DNA of 64,000 nt from a bacterium UBP4_UBA6127 (GCA_002428325.1 DIVR01000026.1:9219-73218), one strand, 5' to 3'; shown: positions 1-9,146, counted from the stretch's first letter. Translations and numbers: made by a program. Notes: generated by a model from the sequence alone, not told the origin.

Positions 1-279
1 TTCCCTATATAATAGTAATCCATTGATTTTTATTCCTTTACCCGGATCTATGAATAAAATTCCTTCCACACAGGCCCATATTTACCAATATATTATGAAA
101 AATAATAGATATTTTCACATAAATAGGCTATCCTTTTTATATAAAGGGTCAAATCAAGTTTTTGGATCCCTTCCTACTTGAATCCCCTCTGAATCATGGT
201 TTTTAGTACATTTATACCAGATTTTCAGGAATATTATTATGTTCTTTATGAAATTATTTGATGGGAGGTGAACATCTAA

Positions 280-819
280 ATGGAAAGAACTAAAGGCTTT
301 ACCCTGATTGAGTTATTGATTGTCGTGGCGATTATTGCTATCTTAGCCGCCATTGCTATTCCCAACTTCCTGGCGGCCCAGACCCGTTCCAAGGTCTCCC
401 GTGTCACCAGTGAAATGAGGACTTTTGCGACTGGTATGGAAAGTTATTATGTTGATAATAATACCTACCTGCCCACCCGCAATGTAGTTGGAGTTTCCCG
501 TCTTCAACGGTTTATTCCTTTGACCACACCGGTTTCTTACTTGTCCTCGATTCCGAAAGATCTCTTTTCGAACGAAACAGGTGATCAGAAGTATTATCCT
601 TACTGGGGCCAGGATATGTTTTCACCGACCAATGCTGCTTATTTTGTGAATGTTCCTGCCCTGCAGTCCCGGGTAGCTGGAGGTGGAAACCTCTGGATGG
701 TCTTCTCTTCTGGACCTGACCGGGATTATGAACCTGCGGTTGCACCCTATGGATTTGATATTTACGATCCTTCCAATGGAACGATTTCTAACGGAGATAT
801 TTTCCGCTGGGGACCATAG
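280..819 (+). CDS. Type IV pilin-like protein (prepilin-type N-terminal cleavage/methylation domain; class III signal peptide MERTKG|FTLIELLIVVAIIAILAAIAIPNF)
   Basis: N-terminus matches the prepilin peptidase motif G|FTLIE followed by a hydrophobic helix. GGGAGGTG RBS lies 9 nt upstream of the ATG. A strong terminator follows the gene. Confidence 0.85.
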   Translation: MERTKGFTLIELLIVVAIIAILAAIAIPNFLAAQTRSKVSRVTSEMRTFATGMESYYVDNNTYLPTRNVVGVSRLQRFIPLTTPVSYLSSIPKDLFSNETGDQKYYPYWGQDMFSPTNAAYFVNVPALQSRVAGGGNLWMVFSSGPDRDYEPAVAPYGFDIYDPSNGTISNGDIFRWGP

Positions 820-846
820 TGTATAGATTAAATTGACCTTTATACA

Positions 847-880
847 GGAACTCTTGTAACAAGGAGTTCCTTTTTTTTTG
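847..880 (+). terminator. Rho-independent terminator (GGAACTCTTG..AAGGAGTTCC hairpin followed by T9)
   Basis: Stem of about 9 bp followed by nine T residues, immediately 3' of pilin gene 1. Confidence 0.65.
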
Positions 881-1250
881 GGGCTTCTATATTTGACATC
901 CGCTTATAAAAGAATCAATTCGGTTCTTCTTATTACTGATTGAATTATAAGAAATTAGACCCACTGACAAGCAGAAGAGATACTTCAATTAATCATTTTA
1001 TGTTTACATTTGTTACCAATAATTGTAAAATATACTAAATATAGTGTATTTGAAAAAGATTCGTTCAGTAAAAGGTGATATTAGGGTTTTTAGCTGGGAT
1101 TAAAAAGATTACTCCCACCAAAATTATTTCCATATTCATCTTTGCACATTATTAAAAGGGATAATATTGTGCGGTTTTTACGACAGTTAAATATTCTATA
1201 AATGAATTTGTCCTATACTTATTAATATTTGAGGGGAGGTGAACATTGAA

Positions 1251-1805
1251 ATGACAAAAGCTAAAGGCTTTACCCTGATTGAGTTATTGATTGTTGTGGC
1301 GATTATTGCCATCCTGGCAGCCATTGCCATTCCGAACTTCCTGGCAGCCCAGACTCGTTCAAAAGTCTCCCGTGTCAGCAGTGAAATGAGAACTTTTGCA
1401 ACAGGCATGGAAAGTTATTTTGTTGATAACAATTCCTATCTGCCGACTCAGAATGTCGTTGGTGTTACCCGTTTACAACGGTTTATTCCTTTGACCACCC
1501 CGGTCTCTTACTTGTCCTCGATTCCAAAAGATATTTTTTCAAATGACACAGGTGATTATCAGTATTATCCTTATTGGGGACCAGATTACTTTGCTGCAGT
1601 TCGTGCAGGTAATTCTGAAAGTCGATTCCTGACTGTTCCAGCTCTCTATTCTCGCGTTTTAGGTGACGGAAACCTCTGGTTAGTATTCTCCTCCGGCCCT
1701 GACCGTGATTATGAACCGGCTGTTGCCCCTTGGACTGGATTTGAAATCTATGATCCGTCTAATGGCACCGTTTCCAACGGTGACATTTTCCGCTGGGGAC
1801 CATAG
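1251..1805 (+). CDS. Type IV pilin-like protein, tandem paralog of 280..819 (about 85% identical)
   Basis: MTKAKG|FTLIELLIVVAIIAILAAIAIPNF prepilin motif. Start at ATG 1251 is preferred over the ORF-track GTG 1239, because that GTG lies inside the GGGGAGGTG Shine-Dalgarno sequence. The upstream 25 nt are nearly identical to those of gene 1. Confidence 0.85.
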   Translation: MTKAKGFTLIELLIVVAIIAILAAIAIPNFLAAQTRSKVSRVSSEMRTFATGMESYFVDNNSYLPTQNVVGVTRLQRFIPLTTPVSYLSSIPKDIFSNDTGDYQYYPYWGPDYFAAVRAGNSESRFLTVPALYSRVLGDGNLWLVFSSGPDRDYEPAVAPWTGFEIYDPSNGTVSNGDIFRWGP

Positions 1806-1839
1806 TTTAGTTATTGCCTGATTTTACAGGTATTTTCAA

Positions 1840-1870
1840 GGGATACTTTCATTGAAAGTATCCCTTTTTT
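1840..1870 (+). terminator. Rho-independent terminator (GGGATACTTTC-ATT-GAAAGTATCCC followed by T6)
   Basis: Perfect 11-bp stem followed by a T-run, 3' of pilin gene 2. Confidence 0.65.
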
Positions 1871-2050
1871 CATAGAAGTTTCCGGCTCAAATTCTATTGA
1901 TAATTTCAGTATAGTCTGATATGCTTTGTAAAGAATAATTAGGTTTTTTTTAGTTGAAAATGGGGGATTCTCCATTTTCATTTTTTATGTCAGACATCAT
2001 TATCGTTGGACATAAAGCATTCATCTTACCTGAAAGAGGAATCTGCTATC

Positions 2051-2995
2051 ATGAAAAAAACTATCAAACTGCAAGGACTCAGAGCCTTATCCTTCCTTCT
2101 CTTATCCAGTCTCCTTCTACTGAGCGTATCAGCTTATGCATTGGATAGGCAATTCAGCTTTCCCCTAACCCAGGGGGTCTGGCATCAGAAATGGCAAACC
2201 GATTCAACAGGAGTCCTGCGAAATATTAATATCCTGAAAATTGATTATACCCGGAACGATTTGGATTTAAAGGTAGCTGTTGCCTCCACTGCCAGCCATG
2301 AAAGAACCTCCTCCATAGCCTCCAGGAATCATGCCTTGGCTGCCATTAACGGCGGCTATTTCAATTTCACAGGGAGTCATGTGGGGGTGGTCATGCAGGA
2401 TGGAAAACTGATTAATCCCAATGCAACGGATATTCCTCCCCGTGGTGCCATCGGATTTACTCCAGGGCATGGGGTGGTCATTGATCGGGTGGAAACAGCT
2501 AATAATAAAGTCAAAGGTATTAATGGAACCGATTGGACAGGGGTTACTGAAGTACTGGGCGGGGGTCCGGTCCTGGTATTCAAAGGACAGCCGGTTAACT
2601 GGTGGAAAGAAGAATCCATGGGTGATTCCTTTAACAGTACCCGACATCCTCGGACCGCTATCGGTTTCACAAAGGACACTGTCATTTATATGGTAGTCAT
2701 TGATGGAAGGCAACCGAACTTTGCTACCGGGATTTCACTGGATGATTTAGCCCGATTCTTTATTGACCAGTTAGGTTGTGAATATGCGTTAAACCTGGAT
2801 GGCGGCGGTTCATCCACCATGGTCGTTACCAATATGGTCGTCAATTCTGTTTCTGACCGGATTAAAAAAGCAGATGTTAATAAAGCCCTGAAAACAGACC
2901 CGGATGACGACCCTAATAATATTGCCAGAGCAAATGGCCCTCAGGGGGTTGAACGCCCGGTCACTAATGCGATTATTTTGAAACACGAGGAATAA
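2051..2995 (+). CDS. Phosphodiester glycosidase family protein (NAGPA-like domain), secreted
   Basis: Signal peptide MKKTIKLQGLRALSFLLLSSLLLLSVSAYA. Contains the LNLDGGGSSTMVV motif typical of the phosphodiester glycosidase (DUF2233/NAGPA) domain. AGAGGA RBS before ATG 2051. The ORF-track start at 2006 is probably too far upstream. Confidence 0.65.
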   Translation: MKKTIKLQGLRALSFLLLSSLLLLSVSAYALDRQFSFPLTQGVWHQKWQTDSTGVLRNINILKIDYTRNDLDLKVAVASTASHERTSSIASRNHALAAINGGYFNFTGSHVGVVMQDGKLINPNATDIPPRGAIGFTPGHGVVIDRVETANNKVKGINGTDWTGVTEVLGGGPVLVFKGQPVNWWKEESMGDSFNSTRHPRTAIGFTKDTVIYMVVIDGRQPNFATGISLDDLARFFIDQLGCEYALNLDGGGSSTMVVTNMVVNSVSDRIKKADVNKALKTDPDDDPNNIARANGPQGVERPVTNAIILKHEE

Positions 2996-2999
2996 AAAA

Positions 3000-5153
3000 G
3001 TGAGTCAGCGTAAAGTACGAATTGGAATTGATGTCGGCGGTACTTTTACCCATGCAGTAGCCATTGATTCTCTCTCCATGGAATTGATTGGGGAAGTTAA
3101 AGTCCCTACTACCCATACTGCTCAGGAAGGGGTTGCTAAAGGGATTATTGATTCCCTGAACATCCTTCTGGAACAGTCCAATATATCCCCGGATGAAGTG
3201 GCATTCATTGCCCATTCCACGACCCAGGCCACTAATGCCCTGTTGGAAGGGGATGTGGCTGAAGTCGGAATTATCGGGATGGCTAAGGGAATGGAAAAAA
3301 TCAGAGCTAAATCTGAAACGAATATCCCTGATATCGAATTGGCTCCCGGCCGATTCCTAAAGACCCATCACCGGTTTATCGAAAGCACCGATGGATTTAC
3401 CAGTGAGCTTATTACTAAAACCATTGAGGAACTCCAATCCGAAGGGGCTAAAGTCATTGTAGCGGCAGAATCTTTCAGTGTGGATGACCCTGCTAATGAA
3501 TTACTGGTTCTGGATATTTGCGCACAGAAGGGAATCCCCGCAACCGCTACCCATGAAATTTCCCAGTTATATGGATTAAAAATAAGAACCAGGACAGCCG
3601 TTATAAATGCCAGTATGCTGGTTAAGATGATGGAAACGGCCAATATGACCGAAATCTCGGTTAAGAAGGCTGGCATCAAGGCCCCCCTGATGATTATGCG
3701 TTCTGATGGGGGAGTCATGGATATCAGCCAGATGCGGAAACGGCCTATTCTAACCATGCTTTCAGGTCCGGCAGCAGGTGTGGCAGCTGCTTTGATGTAT
3801 GCCCATATATCAGATGGCATTTTCCTGGAAGTAGGCGGTACCAGTACGGATATTTCTGCCATTCAAAATGGCAAAGCCTTAATTAAAACCGCAGAAGTCG
3901 GCGGACACCGGGTTTATCTTCGAACTCTGGATGTGAGAACCATCGGGATTGCCGGAGGTTCCATGGTCCGGGTAAAGAATGGAAAAGTGGAAGATGTCGG
4001 TCCCCGGAGCGCCCATATTGCCGGCTTGGGTTATACCTCCTTCTCTAAACCGGAGGATTTTACTGATTCCAGCCTGAAAACTATTCAACCCAAAAAGGGA
4101 GACCCTGACGATTATATTTATATCGAAGGAAAAAATGACGCAAAAGCCGCTATCACTCCAACCTGTGCTTCCAACCTCCTGGGGATGGTTCCCCCGGATA
4201 ATTGTGCATTGGGCAATCTGGAAACAATCACTCTGGGCTTTGCCCCTCTGGCAAAAGCTTTAAAAGCAGATGCCAAAAAAGCAGCGGAGATGATTATGGA
4301 TAAGGCCGCTCCCAAAGCGGTCAAGGTAGTTGAACAGCTGCTGAAAGAATATAAACTGGATACCAGTATCATCGCTCTTATCGGGGGCGGCGGCGGTGCA
4401 GCAGCCATTGTCCCCTACACGGCCCATCTCATGAAGATGAAACATACCATTGCCCAGAATGCGGCCGTCATCTCAGCCATCGGGGTAGCCTTAGCAATGG
4501 TCCGGGATACTATTGAGAAAAGTGTTATAAACCCCTCTAGTGAAGATATCTTGAAAATTCGAAAAGAAGCCGAAGAAGCCGTCCATAAAATGGGAGCAGC
4601 GCCAGATACCATTGAAGTCTTTATTGAAATTGATCCCCAGAAAAACATCCTCAGAGCCACGGCCACCGGTTCCACTGAATTAAGAGCCAGAAATCTGAAA
4701 GACCGGGAAATGAGCCTCGAAAAAAGGATTGAGCAGGCGGCCATCTCCTTAAGGGTCCCTGAAGCCAGGGTCCAATCCCTCGGGCAGACAGAATACCTGG
4801 AAGCCTTTGGCGCTGAAGTCATCGAAAATAAGCTTTGGGGAATATATAAAAAGAAAAACAATTCAATCCGTGTGATTGACAGAGAAGGTATCATCCGTCT
4901 GCAAATGACCAATTCCAGAGTCCTCCAGACCACTAAAGACAGTCTGGATACAGCCTTGAGAAAATTGATCGATGAACATACTGGATATGGCGATGCCGGC
5001 CGGGAATTACCCAATATTTTTCTGGTCAGCGGAGCTAAAATCATTGATCTTTCAGGTTTGTTGGAATTGGAAAAAATCCTTTCATTTGCCCATGCGGAAT
5101 TAGCCAGGGCCCTTCCGGAATCTCCGGTGGTTTGCCTGGTCAATATTCGATAA
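3000..5153 (+). CDS. Hydantoinase/oxoprolinase family protein (hydantoinase A-like, ASKHA fold)
   Basis: N-terminus RIGIDVGGTFTHAVAID matches the hydantoinase_A N-terminal domain motif (IGIDVGGTFTD). At 717 aa it is close to HyuA/oxoprolinase A-subunit length. GTG start with AGGA upstream. Confidence 0.6.
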   Translation: MSQRKVRIGIDVGGTFTHAVAIDSLSMELIGEVKVPTTHTAQEGVAKGIIDSLNILLEQSNISPDEVAFIAHSTTQATNALLEGDVAEVGIIGMAKGMEKIRAKSETNIPDIELAPGRFLKTHHRFIESTDGFTSELITKTIEELQSEGAKVIVAAESFSVDDPANELLVLDICAQKGIPATATHEISQLYGLKIRTRTAVINASMLVKMMETANMTEISVKKAGIKAPLMIMRSDGGVMDISQMRKRPILTMLSGPAAGVAAALMYAHISDGIFLEVGGTSTDISAIQNGKALIKTAEVGGHRVYLRTLDVRTIGIAGGSMVRVKNGKVEDVGPRSAHIAGLGYTSFSKPEDFTDSSLKTIQPKKGDPDDYIYIEGKNDAKAAITPTCASNLLGMVPPDNCALGNLETITLGFAPLAKALKADAKKAAEMIMDKAAPKAVKVVEQLLKEYKLDTSIIALIGGGGGAAAIVPYTAHLMKMKHTIAQNAAVISAIGVALAMVRDTIEKSVINPSSEDILKIRKEAEEAVHKMGAAPDTIEVFIEIDPQKNILRATATGSTELRARNLKDREMSLEKRIEQAAISLRVPEARVQSLGQTEYLEAFGAEVIENKLWGIYKKKNNSIRVIDREGIIRLQMTNSRVLQTTKDSLDTALRKLIDEHTGYGDAGRELPNIFLVSGAKIIDLSGLLELEKILSFAHAELARALPESPVVCLVNIR

Positions 5154-5246
5154 GAGTACAGTCCAATGAACATATAGAGTTTCCACCCTTCCCTTCTTGG
5201 AGAAGCTACTCTTCTTTGTAAATCGCGTCTCACTTTGAGCCGCCGA

Positions 5247-5326
5247 GGGAAGAATGAAAAGACAGGGAAGACCTATATCTTCCCCTCCTTTCGAAGGAGG
5301 GGATAAGAGGGGTGGTAGTAGTAAAA
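5247..5326. repeat. 80-bp direct repeat, copy 1 (GGGAAGAATGAAAAGACAGGGAAGACCTATATCTTCCCCTCCTTTCGAAGGAGGGGATAAGAGGGGTGGTAGTAGTAAA), contains two nested GC-rich hairpins
   Basis: Matches 5771..5849 with 3 mismatches. Internal hairpins are GGGAAGA..TCTTCCC and CCCCTCCTT-TCG-AAGGAGGGG. Confidence 0.8.
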
Positions 5327-5365
5327 CTTTTTACAATCAGTCTGTTTTGATGTGGAGAAACCATT

Positions 5366-5728
5366 GTGACAGAACTGTTTAATCAAAAGAAATTGACTGG
5401 ACTGAGAAAAACATTAAGAAATCAATCAACACAAGCTGAATTATTATTATGGAAAAAAATTAATAACAGACAGTTGAATGGATGGAAATTTTGAAGACAA
5501 TTTAGCATTGGTAATTATATTCTAGATTTTTATTGTCCTAGGAAGAGGTTAGCCATCGAAATAGATGATATTCATCATTTCGATCCTGAGTCGGTTGTGT
5601 ATGATAAAGATAGAACTGTTTATCTTAACAATTTAGGAATTATGGTTATTCGATATACAAATACTGAGGTAATCAAACAGATTGATAAGATAGTTGAAGA
5701 TATTTTACGAAAGATGGAAAAGATTTAA
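5366..5728 (+). pseudogene. DUF559 (Vsr-like) endonuclease-domain gene interrupted by an in-frame TGA at 5492..5494
   Basis: Hand translation gives VTELFNQKKLTGLRKTLRNQSTQAELLLWKKINNRQLNGWKF*RQFSIGNYILDFYCPRKRLAIEIDDIHHFDPESVVYDKDRTVYLNNLGIMVIRYTNTEVIKQIDKIVEDILRKMEKI. This follows the DUF559 pattern (LRxNQTxAExxLWxxLRNRQLxGxKFRRQxPIGxYIxDFYC...LxIExDG...) in a single frame. The stop sits where the conserved Arg is expected. Confidence 0.7.
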
Positions 5729-5732
5729 TTTT

Positions 5733-5783
5733 AAAAGCAACCTCCCCCAACCCCCTCCTTCGTAAGGAGGGGGAAGAATGAAA
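5733..5783. repeat. 51-bp repeat unit, copy 1 (AAAAGCAAC-CTCCCCCAACCCCCTCCTTCGTAAGGAGGGGGAAGAATGAAA) with a 9-bp GC hairpin
   Basis: About 88% identical to 5861..5911. It ends in the shared GGGAAGAATGAAA motif, which also begins the 80-bp repeat. Confidence 0.75.
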
Positions 5784-5849
5784 CGACAGGGAAGACCTAT
5801 ATCTTCCCCTCCTTTCGAAGGAAGGGATAAGAGGGGTGATAGTAGTAAA
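5771..5849. repeat. 80-bp direct repeat, copy 2
   Basis: Near-identical to 5247..5326. The two copies bracket the DUF559 pseudogene. Confidence 0.8.
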
Positions 5850-5860
5850 TCAAAAGCTTT

Positions 5861-5911
5861 AAAAGCAACTCCCCCCTACCCTCTCCTTCGCAAGGAGAGG
5901 GAAGAATGAAA
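5861..5911. repeat. 51-bp repeat unit, copy 2 (AAAAGCAACTCCCCCCTACCCTCTCCTTCGCAAGGAGAGGGAAGAATGAAA)
   Basis: Direct repeat of 5733..5783. Hairpin CCCTCTCCTT-CGC-AAGGAGAGGG. Confidence 0.75.
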
Positions 5912-5999
5912 TACAGTGTTGTATTTATAAAATAAATATAAAAGCCATCACAGCTGTATAGGTAAGAATAAGTTAATAGGATAGAAGGAAGGTACTCAT

Positions 6000-7673
6000 A
6001 TGCGCTGGAACAGTCTTATCAGTATTCTGACCATCCTGATAGCGGGTTTTTGTTCTCCAAAAGCAATGGCTCTGGCTAAATATGAACCAACTCAGGGATG
6101 TTACCTGGGGGTTTATATCCAACAGGACCCCATAGCTCCCGGTAATATTTATGCTTTTGAGACGACAGTGGGTAAAAAACATGCCTGTTATTTAACTTAT
6201 TGCGGTTGGAGTGGTCCTTTCCCCTCCCAATGGGCTGAATATGTTAAAGCTCAGGGAGCTTCAGCCATTCAAATCGGTTTTGAACCCTCCTATGGTTTAG
6301 ATACTGTTACTGACAGCGCTTATATTCGAAAATGGGCCCAAGATGCTCATGCCTCCCGAATGCCGGTCTTTATCCGGTGGGCTTCAGAAATGAATCTCAG
6401 TGAATTTATCTGGTCCGGCGATACGGCTAAATATGTTGAAAAATGGAGATTGCTTTATAACATCTTCAAAGAAGAAGCTCCCAATGTCGTCATGGTCTGG
6501 GCTCCTAACTGGTCTCCCACGGCCTCGATTCATTCTTATTATCCGGGGGATGAATATGTTGATTGGGTGGGAGTAGATATGTATATGGGTTTAGGCACAG
6601 GTACCACCGATACAAGAGATCCCCGGGATAAAATAAAGTTTGTTTATGATAACTACTCGGCAGCCCCCCACAATAAACCCATCATGTTCCCGGAATGGGC
6701 TGCCACTCATGCTTATCTAAACGGGACCACTGCTTATAATTGTGTCGATTACGGTATTGCCAATACCAACCTGATTTATGACCAGCTATCCACGGAATTC
6801 CCTAAAATCAAACTAATTACCTGGTTTGATTATGACAGCCGCTCAATCAATCATGCTGATTTTTCAATAACCGACAATTACAGCATCATTACCAACTACC
6901 ACAGAGCCATTTCTGACAGCTATTATCTATCTTCTATTCCCCAGGATACCAGCCTGTTGAATGTTTGTTTCAGCAATCCCACTGCTGAACAGATTATCAC
7001 AAGCAATCAATACCTTAGTATTACAACCTATCCAGCTTATGCCCTGAATTCTGTGGTATATACCATCAACGGAGAATTCTTTTCCCGGCAAACCAGCCAA
7101 TATGACCAACCCTACTGGGATATAGCTGCTTATGATGACGGATATTATGAAATTAAGGTCCAGGGTTACACTCCTGATGGTATCTTTGACTACGATATTA
7201 TTGATACAATTATTGATAAGAATAATGATTATCTCAGTATCATCATTGATAATGACCAATCCGGTTTTTCCACCAGCGGCGGGGGATGGTACCTATCTAC
7301 GTCCCAGTCTGACCGATATGGTGACAATTATTGGTATCACATGGCTGGGAGTAACGCCACAGCCAGTTGGAGACCCGTATTACCAAATGCCGGAGAATAT
7401 GAAGTGTTTGCCTGGTGGAGTGTCCATATTAATCGGGCTACCGATGCTCCTTATTTGATTTCATCAGCTTCAGGTTCTACCACTATCAGGGTAAACCAGG
7501 AAGCTAATGGGGGCCGGTGGAATTCCCTGGGAACTTATTATTTTAACCAGGGAAACAGCGGGTATGTCGCCCTTAGTAATGATGCCGATGATATTGTAAT
7601 AGCCGATGCGGTTCGATTTGTCAGAAATACGAAATGGGTTGAACTCCAAGACTGGGCTTTGTATAATCCTTAA
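6000..7673 (+). CDS. Glycoside hydrolase family 26-like protein (beta-mannanase/beta-glucanase type), secreted, with C-terminal beta-sandwich (putative carbohydrate-binding) domains
   Basis: Signal peptide. Motifs PVFIRWASEMN and EYVDWVGVDMY resemble the GH26 conserved blocks (R-x-x-H/S-E-x-N and Y-V-D-W-V-G-x-D-x-Y). The C-terminal ~250 aa are Gly/Ser/Trp-rich and end in ADAVRFVRN. GAAGGAAGG RBS. Confidence 0.6.
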   Translation: MRWNSLISILTILIAGFCSPKAMALAKYEPTQGCYLGVYIQQDPIAPGNIYAFETTVGKKHACYLTYCGWSGPFPSQWAEYVKAQGASAIQIGFEPSYGLDTVTDSAYIRKWAQDAHASRMPVFIRWASEMNLSEFIWSGDTAKYVEKWRLLYNIFKEEAPNVVMVWAPNWSPTASIHSYYPGDEYVDWVGVDMYMGLGTGTTDTRDPRDKIKFVYDNYSAAPHNKPIMFPEWAATHAYLNGTTAYNCVDYGIANTNLIYDQLSTEFPKIKLITWFDYDSRSINHADFSITDNYSIITNYHRAISDSYYLSSIPQDTSLLNVCFSNPTAEQIITSNQYLSITTYPAYALNSVVYTINGEFFSRQTSQYDQPYWDIAAYDDGYYEIKVQGYTPDGIFDYDIIDTIIDKNNDYLSIIIDNDQSGFSTSGGGWYLSTSQSDRYGDNYWYHMAGSNATASWRPVLPNAGEYEVFAWWSVHINRATDAPYLISSASGSTTIRVNQEANGGRWNSLGTYYFNQGNSGYVALSNDADDIVIADAVRFVRNTKWVELQDWALYNP

Positions 7674-7704
7674 TTCAACATTTATAGAAAGGCTTTCATT
7701 AAAA

Positions 7705-9117
7705 ATGCAGAAAATTCGTTTTGGAACTGATGGATGGCGGGGGATTATTGCGGATAATTATACCTTTGAGAATGTCCGTATAATCGCTCAAGCCACCGCT
7801 GAATATGTCAAGGAAAAAGGGACATCGGCACGGGGAATTGCTGTCGGCTATGATTATCGGTTTATGTCTGAAACCTATGCCATGCTGGTAGCTGAAATCC
7901 TGGCTGCCAATGGAGTCCAAGTTTTATTGGGACAGGAAGCAGTCCCCACCCCTGCCCTGTCTTATATTGTCAAGAAAAACAATTGCGCCGGTGGAGTGAT
8001 GATTACCGCCTCCCATAACCCTCCCCATTGGAACGGGGTCAAGTTTAAAGGAGAATATGGCGGTTCAGCTATTCCGGCCATTACTAAAGATATTGAAAAA
8101 CACCTCTATAAGACTGACCCTAAAAAAGTCGATGAAGTAACCCGAAAAAATATTGTTATGACGGATCTGGTGACTCCTTACCTGGAACAACTGAAATCCC
8201 TGGTGGACCTGAAAAAGATTTCCGATTCTAAATTAACGGTCGTTCATGACGGGATGCACGGGTCCGGCAAAAACTACCTGGAAAAACTCCTGGAAGGAAC
8301 TGACTGTAAGGTTATTTCGATTCGTTCTAACCGAGATTGCCTCTTTGGGGGAGTCCTGCCTGAACCGATTCCTAAAAATACCCAGATATTGATTGATACC
8401 ATCAAAAAAGAAAAAGCCGATTTAGGTGTAGCAACAGATGGGGATGCAGACCGGTTGGGAATCACAGATTCCAATGGAGTCTTTGTCTGGCCTCATTACT
8501 CATTCCCTCTCCTCTATGAACACTTGACCCAGAACCGAGGCTGGACTGGAGAAGTGGTTCATACAGTCTCCCTGGCCCCGATCATTGATAAGCTGATAGA
8601 ACAAAATGGCGGGGGAAAAGTCACCGAAGTCCCAGTAGGCTTTAAAAATGTCTGTGAAATCATGTTGGAAAGAGATGTCTTGATTGGAGGAGAAGAATCC
8701 GGCGGTATCGGATTCAAAAACCATATCCCGGAACGGGATGGCCTCTTAATCGCTTTATTGACTCTGGAAATGCTGGCAACCACAGGGAAATCCTTATCGG
8801 AGCTGGTTAAAGATTTGGAAAACCGGTTTGGAGCCTTCTGTTATGACCGGATCGATGCCCACCTGGAAGACAGTAAACGGCTGGGACTCATTCAACGGCT
8901 TCGGGATAATCCACCTGCAGAATTTGCCGGAATCCCGGTGGAAAAAGTCTGTCTGCTGGATGGAATCAAATTCTCCTTCCATGGCAATGGCTGGCTTTTG
9001 ATTCGGGCATCCGATACCGAACCGGTGGTTCGCTTGTATGCAGGGTCGGAAACCATGGATAATACATGGAAGATTCTTAATGCGGGAAAAGCCCTCTGCG
9101 GCATAACTGATATTTAA
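7705..9117 (+). CDS. Phosphoglucomutase/phosphomannomutase family protein (alpha-D-phosphohexomutase)
   Basis: Active-site phosphoserine loop TASHNP and metal-binding loop DGDADR are both present. N-terminal FGTDGWRG motif. Start moved to ATG 7705 (MQKIRFGTDGWRG), because the ORF-track start at 7606 lies inside the preceding gene. Confidence 0.9.
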   Translation: MQKIRFGTDGWRGIIADNYTFENVRIIAQATAEYVKEKGTSARGIAVGYDYRFMSETYAMLVAEILAANGVQVLLGQEAVPTPALSYIVKKNNCAGGVMITASHNPPHWNGVKFKGEYGGSAIPAITKDIEKHLYKTDPKKVDEVTRKNIVMTDLVTPYLEQLKSLVDLKKISDSKLTVVHDGMHGSGKNYLEKLLEGTDCKVISIRSNRDCLFGGVLPEPIPKNTQILIDTIKKEKADLGVATDGDADRLGITDSNGVFVWPHYSFPLLYEHLTQNRGWTGEVVHTVSLAPIIDKLIEQNGGGKVTEVPVGFKNVCEIMLERDVLIGGEESGGIGFKNHIPERDGLLIALLTLEMLATTGKSLSELVKDLENRFGAFCYDRIDAHLEDSKRLGLIQRLRDNPPAEFAGIPVEKVCLLDGIKFSFHGNGWLLIRASDTEPVVRLYAGSETMDNTWKILNAGKALCGITDI

Positions 9118-9146
9118 TTTATTTAATAACTGAAAGGTATCTACTG

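Noticed and set aside
1239-1250. ORF-track start GTG 1239 for the second pilin (MNIEMTKAKG...)
   Set aside because: That GTG lies within the GGGGAGGTG Shine-Dalgarno sequence. ATG 1251 has ideal spacing and mirrors the start context of the first pilin.
819-1250. Possible sigma-54 promoter (TGGCAC-N5-TTGCA) upstream of the pilin genes, as is common for type IV pilins
   Set aside because: Only a lone TTGCA near 1148 was found, without a correctly spaced GG element. No support.
280-1805. Diversity-generating retroelement or cassette-switching mechanism acting on the pilin variable block
   Set aside because: No reverse transcriptase, template repeat or recombinase is present in the window. Variation is more simply explained by duplication and divergence. 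It is kept only as a hypothesis inside the pilin finding.
5492-5494. The in-frame TGA inside the DUF559 reading frame could indicate an alternative genetic code (TGA as a sense codon), as in some candidate phyla
   Set aside because: Well-supported genes in this window, whose homologs end at the same point, terminate with TGA (endonuclease III-like at 14552..14554, TPR protein at 37921..37923). The standard code therefore applies, and the DUF559 frame is a pseudogene or truncated.
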